A DNA stretch of 64,000 nucleotides from an uncultured Candidatus Saccharibacteria bacterium (lineage in GTDB: Bacteria > Patescibacteriota > JABMPQ01 > JAQVVF01). Positions 10,119 to 17,692 of the stretch are shown here, in pieces (within the stretch, counting starts at the first letter, position 1; each line of letters begins with the position of its first letter). The stretch lies in NCBI GenBank assembly GCA_964574655.1, contig CAZNOH010000002.1:108596-172595 (forward strand), read 5' to 3'. The notes beneath the pieces are model-generated. The model was given only the letters and a program-made list of their open reading frames with translations. It searched no databases and was not told the DNA's origin. The position numbers and the translations under genes were made by a program.

Positions 10119-11039
10119 TCAATAAACAACATATTCAATGGCGAAGCCTCCGGAATTATCCTCCCACCACTCGGGATGGAAGTGATTCTCCCTGTCAGCT
10201 GTCGCCTCATTTACGGTCATAAGAATGTTGGCATCCTCGTTACCTGCATTTGCGACTTCACAGCCGTTTCCGCAGTACTGCCAAGGCCCAGGATTAACCT
10301 TGACACACAACGCTAGCCAACTTCCTCCGCATCTATACTGTCTGCCGTCTCGAAGCCAGAGCGGAGGATCAATTCCCCTTGGTCCGCTATTCAAGTCAGC
10401 CATCAAATCCCTTACCTTGCCACTTGCGCTGATCTTCATCTTCTGACCAGCCTTGAGCTTCATTGGCAAGGTAATGCCAGCGTAGTTGGGAGCTACGAAT
10501 GTAGTCTCCTCTCCAGGCTCATGCATCATCTGCTGGAACGGCGAAGGTTGAAGATTGAGACCCTTCTTTTCCAGTTCTTCTCTGCCGCCCTCTCCTTGAA
10601 CCAGTTCTGTTCCATCTTCGGAGCAGAATTTCGTGCCAAGAGAGAACTCTCTTCCGCACATTGGACAAACGGCTTTCACCGATTTCCCAGTCTTAGTATC
10701 AAAGAGTTGCCCCTTGCCCGAGGCAATGGAGACAGGCTTAATGAATGAATAGGGCAGGAAGAACTTGGAAATGCCGATCAAGCAATAGAAGCAGACCGCA
10801 ATCACCACGCCAGTCTTGATATAAGTCTGAGTGATGATCAGGTGCTTCAGAAAAAAATAGACGACGCCGAAGCAGAACAGGAACCCGATTGGTCCAGCCA
10901 GATAGCTGAACCACGAGCCCTTGCCAGTCTGCCAGTCAACAATCGCAACAATAACACGCAATACAATCAAAACCAGAATTGCTGCAACGAAGAGCAGGCC
11001 TTTAGCCTGGCTTCGTTGCTTTTTTGTCATCTTGGCCAT
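10119..11039 (-). CDS. Membrane protein with Zn ribbon and C-terminal PA-IL/LecA-like beta-sandwich
   Basis: 3 TM helices; CPMCG...FCSEDG; GQKMKISASGKV...LMTVNE...WEDNSGGF resembles LecA-family motifs. Confidence 0.6.
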   Translation of the reverse strand: MAKMTKKQRSQAKGLLFVAAILVLIVLRVIVAIVDWQTGKGSWFSYLAGPIGFLFCFGVVYFFLKHLIITQTYIKTGVVIAVCFYCLIGISKFFLPYSFIKPVSIASGKGQLFDTKTGKSVKAVCPMCGREFSLGTKFCSEDGTELVQGEGGREELEKKGLNLQPSPFQQMMHEPGEETTFVAPNYAGITLPMKLKAGQKMKISASGKVRDLMADLNSGPRGIDPPLWLRDGRQYRCGGSWLALCVKVNPGPWQYCGNGCEVANAGNEDANILMTVNEATADRENHFHPEWWEDNSGGFAIEYVVY

Positions 11040-11059
11040 TTCATCCTCCCATATGTTTG

Positions 11060-11695
11060 TCAGCCTGTGATTTTATCCAGTTTATCGCAGAACCAATCCC
11101 AGCCACGCTTGAGCTTGCCAGGACCGGACTTTTTCTTGGGGCAGGGCTCTTCTTCTTCAGACTCCGACGGAGCCTGATCAGAACAGGTCGGCACCTGCTT
11201 TTCAGCTTCTGCTTCAGGCTCTGCCCCTGCCCCTGCCTTGATCTTGGCTTTCGCCGGGGTCTTGGCTCTCGGCTTTGCCTTAGACTCAGTAGGAGTCTTC
11301 TTCTTTCTGCCCTTGCCACCACCAGCCGGTGGGGTAGCAGCAGCCGCGTGAGCGGGTGCAGCAGCGGGAGCAGCCGGAGCGCGAGCAGGCGCAACAACCG
11401 GAGCCGGAGCAGCAGGAGCTACACCCGGACGAGCCGGGCGAGCTGCCACGCGCACCGGAACCGGTGCATCATCGTCGTCATCATCATCGTCGTCGTCAAT
11501 CACAACACCGCCACGCGGTGCAACGACCGGAGCCGCAACCACCAATGCATCCAAATCACCCAAATCCAAATCGCCAGCCGCAGGCTCTGGTGCATCAACG
11601 ACAGCATTACGCTTGTCGCCATTGCAAACCGGACAAATAAAACCACCTCTAAAATCAACATCTGAACCACAAATAGGGCATTGTTCACGTGCCAT
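11060..11695 (-). CDS. GC-rich low-complexity protein with N-terminal Zn finger, poly-Asp, Pro/Ala-rich and Lys-rich blocks
   Basis: Start MAREQCPICG...CPVC at 11695 behind GAGGAGGAG; own promoter upstream. Confidence 0.7.
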   Translation of the reverse strand: MAREQCPICGSDVDFRGGFICPVCNGDKRNAVVDAPEPAAGDLDLGDLDALVVAAPVVAPRGGVVIDDDDDDDDDDAPVPVRVAARPARPGVAPAAPAPVVAPARAPAAPAAAPAHAAAATPPAGGGKGRKKKTPTESKAKPRAKTPAKAKIKAGAGAEPEAEAEKQVPTCSDQAPSESEEEEPCPKKKSGPGKLKRGWDWFCDKLDKITG

Positions 11696-11744
11696 GTTTC
11701 TCCTCCTCGTATTGTGAAGTTTCTTGCCAAATCTTGGACTTTGT

Positions 11745-11773
11745 AGTATAGCATATGAGCATAAAAAAGTCAA
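11745..11773 (-). promoter_or_regulatory. sigma70-type promoter
   Basis: TTGACT-N17-TATACT with extended -10 TG, minus strand. Confidence 0.7.
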
Positions 11774-11873
11774 TGCAAAATATGAATTAGGGCTTATTTT
11801 AGGAAAAAAAGCCTCAAAATAGCCAAAAAGACTGGATTTTATTAAAGCTTTGAAGTATACTTTGAATATATTC

Positions 11874-12006
11874 AAAATTCTAAACTCTAAATCCTAAATA
11901 AATCCAAAATTCAAATAACCAAAAATAAGAATATCGCCGAACTTTGAAAATTTGGATTTTGAGTTTTTAATTTGTTTAGAGTTTAGAATTTAGTATTTGG
12001 AGTTTT
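11874..12006. repeat. Long periodic palindrome, CTAAATN class, directly upstream of tRNA-Leu
   Basis: (AAATTCT/AAACTCT/AAATCCT)-AAATAAAT left arm; loop TCGCCGA; complementary right arm. Confidence 0.85.
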
Positions 12007-12014
12007 AAAAATGT

Positions 12015-12097
12015 GCGGACGTGGTGAAATGGCAGACATGCTAGCCTTAGGAGCTAGTGGGGTAAAACCCATGAGAGTTCGAGTCTCTCCGTCCGCA
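12015..12097 (+). tRNA. tRNA-Leu(TAG), CCA not encoded
   Basis: Acceptor GCGGACG/CGTCCGC-A; D-loop TGG; anticodon arm CTAGC-CTTAGGA-GCTAG; long variable arm; T-loop GTTCGAG. Confidence 0.95.
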
Positions 12098-12272
12098 AAT
12101 AAATTAACATAGAGTTTTCCGCAGAACCCTGCCTTCATGGCAGGGCGAGTCTCTTCCTCGGCAACTAATAATTCTCAAATCGAAAATTATTAATGAGTTC
12201 AAATATCAAATTATAATTATCAAAAGAGAAGCGATTAACGCTTCTTTTTCTTGCTCAATAAATTTTACGATT

Positions 12273-12917
12273 TTATCCAATTAGTTTATAAACATCTTTA
12301 AATTCAATTTTTTCAAAACTCTTGCAAATTAAGTCTGCCTTTTTTACATCATTAATATTTCCAGAAGCAAATCCAACAACTTTCATTTTTGCTTTTTTTC
12401 CTGCTTCAACTCCCAAGACCGCATCTTCAAAAACTACACATTCATTAGGTTTAACTTCTAATTCTTTAGCAGCTGTCAAAAATATTTCTGGATTTGGTTT
12501 CGGTTTTTTAAAATCATAACCAGTTATCACTTTGTCAAAGCGATCATAAATTTTTATTTTCTTTAAAATAAATTCTGTATTTTTAGAAGATGATGCAGCT
12601 GCAATTTTAATTTTTTTTCTTTTTAATTGCGTAATAAATTCTCTAAATCCTGGAAATGTTTTTGGCAAATTAGCCTCAATTGCTTCTTTAAAGAATATTT
12701 GTTTTTCTTCCATCATTTTTTTAAGTCTCTCCTTTGGAACTTTCCCCAAAATATTAGTAATCCCATCTTTTCTTGGAATGCCATTCACTTTTTTTTCGTA
12801 ATCGCGTTTAGTTAAATTTACTCCTTGTTGTTTAAAAAATTTTTTCCAAGCTAAAAAATGATGCGGAACCGTATCAGTGATAACACCATCCATGTCAAAA
12901 ATAATTGCTTTAAGCAT
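12273..12917 (-). CDS. pgmB: Beta-phosphoglucomutase-like HAD hydrolase
   Basis: IFDMDGVITDT, HFLAWK, ASSSKN, KPKPNPEIF, VFEDA. Confidence 0.8.
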   Translation of the reverse strand: MLKAIIFDMDGVITDTVPHHFLAWKKFFKQQGVNLTKRDYEKKVNGIPRKDGITNILGKVPKERLKKMMEEKQIFFKEAIEANLPKTFPGFREFITQLKRKKIKIAAASSSKNTEFILKKIKIYDRFDKVITGYDFKKPKPNPEIFLTAAKELEVKPNECVVFEDAVLGVEAGKKAKMKVVGFASGNINDVKKADLICKSFEKIEFKDVYKLIG

Positions 12918-13003
12918 AAAGTTTATTAACAATTAATTAATATAAACTAACAAAATAATTAATTTTTGTCAAAGAAAAAACAGCCCAATTGAGCTGTTAT
13001 AGT

Positions 13004-14050
13004 TTAAGAGTGCTTTGCGACCAGTTTTACAATTTCTCCCCACAAAGGAACAATCAGCGAAGGAGCGAGATTTCTTCTCTGAAGAAGTACAATCTCTCTC
13101 AAAAAAGAAGCTGCCAAGTAGAAGTCAAACCTTCTTTCCCAATTTTGATCTTTACCTTGGAGGACATTCGCATTGAACTCAGTTCCAAAGCGTCTGGCTC
13201 CAAGCTGCATTTTTTTACACATTTCCTTATGTCTTACCTGATAATGAAGAGTGACAACGCCGTCGCGACGATCATACCTTGGCGTGCCATCAACCAAGCT
13301 CGTTTTTGACGAACAATATTTTCCAACACGCATTAAAGCTTCACACCAATCAATTCTTCCAGCCCATTCCAGATCAATAATCTTGACACCCCAGCGATTC
13401 CCTCTGCGTACCTTGTAGACCAAGATGTTCTCGCCTTTGAGATCACCGTGTGCCAAAACTGTCCAGGGCAGATCTTCTTCCAAAAATTTCTTCAAAATTT
13501 TAATGCAAGATTGAAGAGATGGATAAGTCTTGCCTCTTACAACAACCGGGCATTCAGTTTCGTTTCCAAAAACACTGCTCAAAGCTGCTACAGTATCTGC
13601 CATCTCCAATCTGATAATCGAATTTTCGCTTTGGCCGCCTTCTTGGACAGTTTGCGACCAGATACTATGCTTTACCTTCAAAATATTCTGATACATTTCC
13701 CAGAACTGATCCGCCGGAATTCCACGATGGTCAGGATCGAAAGCAAGTTCCTTGAATGTCGCCCGAACCTCTTTTACAAATTGGATGATAATGTAATCAT
13801 CTCCAACATGCAAAAGCTCCGGGATTTGATTACCAAAATGTGGCTTCAATAGTTTATAGCCGTGGACTTCCTTTGCAATTCTTGCCGGAGTCCCAACTTT
13901 TACAACGATTGCTCGGCGATCGCCATTGGTCTGATTTAATATGACATGGACAACCTGTGCACCAGTTACGCTGTCATGGGCCAAAGACGTTACGCTTCTT
14001 ACTTTTCTCCCAGGAAAATGATTTCTAATAGCATCATAGATTCTCTGCAT
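13004..14050 (-). CDS. APH/choline-kinase-like phosphotransferase
   Basis: VVKVG, HGDLKGEN (Brenner motif), IIDLE; SD GGAGG. Confidence 0.75.
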   Translation of the reverse strand: MQRIYDAIRNHFPGRKVRSVTSLAHDSVTGAQVVHVILNQTNGDRRAIVVKVGTPARIAKEVHGYKLLKPHFGNQIPELLHVGDDYIIIQFVKEVRATFKELAFDPDHRGIPADQFWEMYQNILKVKHSIWSQTVQEGGQSENSIIRLEMADTVAALSSVFGNETECPVVVRGKTYPSLQSCIKILKKFLEEDLPWTVLAHGDLKGENILVYKVRRGNRWGVKIIDLEWAGRIDWCEALMRVGKYCSSKTSLVDGTPRYDRRDGVVTLHYQVRHKEMCKKMQLGARRFGTEFNANVLQGKDQNWERRFDFYLAASFLREIVLLQRRNLAPSLIVPLWGEIVKLVAKHS

Positions 14051-14055
14051 TTTCC

Positions 14056-15063
14056 TTACCTCCAGAGAGCGCGCATCATTTCAATCGGAACTATTTTGAT
14101 TCCACGTGCGCAAGAGAGAGGGACATCAGTGATCGTATCATGCTGAATTGCAACCATTCTGCCAAAATTACCAGCTTCCGCAAGACTCAAAGCATGTTTT
14201 GCAAATCTTCTCGCCAAAATGCGATCAAAAGCGTTTGGAAATCCACCGCGCACAGAATCAGCAAGCTGAGTCCAGCGGGTTTCAATGCCAGTTCTCTTTT
14301 GAAGAATATCAGCTAAAGTTTTTGCAACACCTCTTTCACGCAACAACTCATGATCGAATCCATCCAAAGATGTTGTTTCCTTGCATCCAGCAGGTTTTGC
14401 ATTTTCTGCGCAAACAACCAAACCAGATTCGCAATCGTGATCAATGAAATATCTGCACATAGCATCAATGTCAAGAGGGAATTCAGGCAGAACAATCCAA
14501 TCAGCGTGAGATCCAGCACCAGCATACAGAGCAACCCATCCAGCATGTCTGCCCAGAGTTTCGACAACTGCGATTCTCTGATGGGCAAAAGCCGAATCTC
14601 GAGCAGAGAGAATTGCATGGATCGAGTTATCAACAACAGACATGAATCCAATCGAGTAATCAGTTTCTGGCAAATCATTGTCCAAAGTCTTTGGAATCCC
14701 AATTACCGGCAGACCAAGATCTGACAGCTTTGAAGCAACTCCAAGAGTATCTTCACCGCCAATAGCAATCAAGACATCGAAATCACCCAAAACTACCTTA
14801 ATGGTTTCCAAACGATCTTCATTGCCAGGCTTGAATGGATCAAGTCTCGAAGTGCCCAGATAGGATAGAGTAGTAGCAGTAATTGCTACAGCTAGATTTT
14901 TGTCAGACAGATCTGCGTTATTTCCATATTCAGCAAGACCTTTCCAGCCGTTACGAAAGCCAGTCAAATTATGCTCCTGCATGAAAATTATCAGATTTGC
15001 AATCACATCGTTGATCCCTGGACAATGCCCACCGCCCGTAAGCACCGCGATCCGAAGTAACAT
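14056..15063 (-). CDS. PfkA-family 6-phosphofructokinase with PPi-type signature
   Basis: TGGGHCPG, LGTSR, IGGEDTL, PKTLDND, ETLGRHAGW, RGG; start 15063 behind GGAGG. Confidence 0.85.
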   Translation of the reverse strand: MLLRIAVLTGGGHCPGINDVIANLIIFMQEHNLTGFRNGWKGLAEYGNNADLSDKNLAVAITATTLSYLGTSRLDPFKPGNEDRLETIKVVLGDFDVLIAIGGEDTLGVASKLSDLGLPVIGIPKTLDNDLPETDYSIGFMSVVDNSIHAILSARDSAFAHQRIAVVETLGRHAGWVALYAGAGSHADWIVLPEFPLDIDAMCRYFIDHDCESGLVVCAENAKPAGCKETTSLDGFDHELLRERGVAKTLADILQKRTGIETRWTQLADSVRGGFPNAFDRILARRFAKHALSLAEAGNFGRMVAIQHDTITDVPLSCARGIKIVPIEMMRALWR

Positions 15064-15271
15064 CTTGTCCTCCTTCCTTTTTCCTCCGCGTTTCAATTAT
15101 TTTTAAGGTTCAATGCAGACAATTTTCATATACTATCATATAGGTATATATAATTATAAACGAGTACCCAACCATGCGTCAATATCATGGTGTGGATAAT
15201 TATTCAAAAACAAAAAAAGCCCAAATCCAGGCTTTTACTTTACAAACTTTAAAAACATTATAACTTTAGAA

Positions 15272-16105
15272 CTACGCCCATTCTTTCAAAACTCTTTCAT
15301 AAATTTCTGGCGTGCTGATGTCATACCAATCTCCATCAAAATGATAACCATGCAAATTTCCTTCAGCAGCTAATTTTGGCAACACATCTTCTTCAAGTTT
15401 TGAGTATTCTTTTTTCGGTATCAATTTAATAATCTTTGGATCTATAACAAACACTCCAGCTGAAATTAATCTTGAAAGGTTTGGTTTTTTTTCTGGTTTT
15501 TCCAAAAATCCTAATATTTTACTGCCACGAAGTTTCACTACTCCATAACCTTCAGGATTCGGAACTGAAGTCAAAGCAACTGTTGCCAATCCGCCTTCTT
15601 CCTTATGGAATAAAAGCATATCTTTCAAATCAACTCTTGCCAATGTATCGCCATATAGCATCAAAAATGACTCGTCAGTTAAATATTTTTTAGCTTTTAA
15701 TAATGCTTTCGCAGTTCCGATTTTTTTCTTGCACATTACATAAGTAATTGATACGCCGAATCTTTTGCCGTCGCCAAAATATTTTTTAATTTTTTCAGCC
15801 ATATGGCCAACCAAAATAATAATGTCTTTAATGTCATTATCTCTCAATTGCTCAATGATATGTTGTAGAATTGGCTTACCTTTTACCGGCAACATTGATT
15901 TTGGCATTTCATAAGTAAAAGGACGCATCTTGATTCCTTGTCCAGCTGCAAGAATATAGGCTTTTTTGACTCTTGATCTTAAGCTTTTCAAAATCAAATA
16001 CTCAATCGCGTGGGAGCGGTTTCTTATTTTTTCACCATCAATAACCTTGTCAATTTGTGGCAAAATATCTTTGCGAAGTGTAATTGTTAATCTTGATCTT
16101 TCCAT
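15272..16105 (-). CDS. Sugar-1-phosphate nucleotidyltransferase (GMPP-like) fused to an N-terminal ribbon-helix-helix domain
   Basis: RLTITL...IRNRSHAIEYLI (RHH); ILAAGQGIKMRPFT...PKSMLP, GDT, WYDIS. Confidence 0.85.
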   Translation of the reverse strand: MERSRLTITLRKDILPQIDKVIDGEKIRNRSHAIEYLILKSLRSRVKKAYILAAGQGIKMRPFTYEMPKSMLPVKGKPILQHIIEQLRDNDIKDIIILVGHMAEKIKKYFGDGKRFGVSITYVMCKKKIGTAKALLKAKKYLTDESFLMLYGDTLARVDLKDMLLFHKEEGGLATVALTSVPNPEGYGVVKLRGSKILGFLEKPEKKPNLSRLISAGVFVIDPKIIKLIPKKEYSKLEEDVLPKLAAEGNLHGYHFDGDWYDISTPEIYERVLKEWA

Positions 16106-16121
16106 ATCATTATTTTATGTA

Positions 16122-16144
16122 GTGAACAAACAATGTTTGTTCAC
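16122..16144. promoter_or_regulatory. Perfect palindrome, candidate operator
   Basis: GTGAACAAACA-A-TGTTTGTTCAC (11-bp arms), 16 bp upstream of the RHH-fusion start. Confidence 0.5.
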
Positions 16145-16263
16145 AATTATTTTCCGTTGTTTTATACCTTAAATTATACTATCATATAAATAGTTCAACT
16201 TCAATATTTTATGACATTTAAAAATTTTGGATTGCAAAATTTTAAAAAAAATAATAAAAAAGT

Positions 16264-17271
16264 ATGATAAATATCGATAAATCAAATTTTAAAGACGTTG
16301 TTAAAAATTATCCAAAACAATTTGCCAAAGCTTTAAATTTTGCCAAGGATGTCGAAATCAGCGGCGAATTCAGTAATGTTATAGTTTGCGGTATGGGCGG
16401 ATCTGCATTGCCAGCTGATATGGTAATTTCATATCTCAAATCAAAAAATATTAATTTTCCAATCACAGTTTGCCGAAATTATACCTTGCCAGTCGAGGCA
16501 AATGAAAAAAGCTTGATTATTGCTTCATCTTTTTCAGGGTCAACAGAAGAAACAATCTCTTGTCTCAATGAAGCAATAGCTAAAAATTACAAAGTTATTG
16601 GCTTAGCTCGCGGTAAAGACATTTTAGAAATCTGCCAGTCAAAAAATATTCCATATATTCAATATCCAGATGACGGTCCGACATTCCAGCCTCGCTGTGC
16701 TTCCGGTTATATCTTTACATCAATTTTAACAATTTTAAAAAAAATAGGAGTATTAGAAAACATCGAAAACGATTTAATTTCTCTTGGCGAATTTTTAGAC
16801 AGCATAAATTCAGAGCAAGAAATAGCTGGCCAAGAATTAGCCTTAAAAGTCAAAGGAAATGTTCCGCTAGTTTATACAACTGAATTTTATCGAGATTCTG
16901 TAGCCCGCATTTTCAAAATTAAATTTAACGAAAATGCCAAGACTCAAAGTTTCTTTAACTATTTTCCTGAATTGAATCATAATGAAATGGTTGGCTTTAC
17001 CAATTTAGTCGGCAAATATTTCATTATAGTTATGCAAGACGAGGCAGATCATGAAAGAAACAAAAAAAGAATGAATATTTTTAAAGGCCTTCTAGAACAA
17101 AAAGGAATTAGCGTAGAAATTATTATGATGAAAGGAAATTCTGTTTTAGAAAAAATATTTGCAACGTCTCTTTTAGCTGATTGGACATCATATTATTTAG
17201 CTTTAGCTTATAATCTTGATCCAACTCCAGTTGATATGGTTGAAGAATTCAAAGATTCAATGAAAAAATAA
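16264..17271 (+). CDS. Bifunctional phosphoglucose/phosphomannose isomerase (SIS family)
   Basis: CGMGGSA, SSFSGSTEET, QPR, NENAK, PELNHNE. Confidence 0.9.
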   Translation: MINIDKSNFKDVVKNYPKQFAKALNFAKDVEISGEFSNVIVCGMGGSALPADMVISYLKSKNINFPITVCRNYTLPVEANEKSLIIASSFSGSTEETISCLNEAIAKNYKVIGLARGKDILEICQSKNIPYIQYPDDGPTFQPRCASGYIFTSILTILKKIGVLENIENDLISLGEFLDSINSEQEIAGQELALKVKGNVPLVYTTEFYRDSVARIFKIKFNENAKTQSFFNYFPELNHNEMVGFTNLVGKYFIIVMQDEADHERNKKRMNIFKGLLEQKGISVEIIMMKGNSVLEKIFATSLLADWTSYYLALAYNLDPTPVDMVEEFKDSMKK

Positions 17272-17381
17272 ATTTAGCAAAATCAATAAGGCGAAAAAAT
17301 AGCCTTATTTTTTTGTCTTGTATTGACTTTATATGTAAATTTTGTTTTAATTAAGCCAGTACCTTTGACGAGGAGGACAAG

Positions 17382-17600
17382 ATGCGTACTAGCGATATGT
17401 TTCAAAGATCCATTGACTTAATTCGTGCTCAACTAGAAACAGAAGAAGACCCGAAAGTGATTGAACTTGCTGAAAGACTTATTGTAGGCTTGGAGAGAAA
17501 TAAAAACGCAGTTATTGATTCTGGCATTGATATTGATGAAGAGACTGATCCGATCTTTGCCCAACGCAGGTTTTTAAGAGACAATGGACTAATTACCTAA
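17382..17600 (+). CDS. Small hypothetical protein (stand-alone cassette)
   Basis: Promoter TTGACT-N17-TTTAAT (17323-17351), SD GAGGAGG, terminator AGAGC..GCTCT-T7. Confidence 0.65.
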   Translation: MRTSDMFQRSIDLIRAQLETEEDPKVIELAERLIVGLERNKNAVIDSGIDIDEETDPIFAQRRFLRDNGLIT

Positions 17601-17692
17601 AAATTTGAACATTATCTAGAGCAGTTATGCTCTTTTTTTATTTATCAAAATTTAATATAATAAAAGTAATATAAATTAAATAAGGAGGGGAT

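Noticed and set aside
11024-11754. Several overlapping ORFs in the GC-rich patch
   Set aside because: Shadow frames caused by stop-codon scarcity; only the 11695 start has an SD, a promoter and a Zn-finger motif.
8011-12097. Prophage or integrative island at tRNA-Leu
   Set aside because: No integrase, phage structural genes or matching att pair could be seen.
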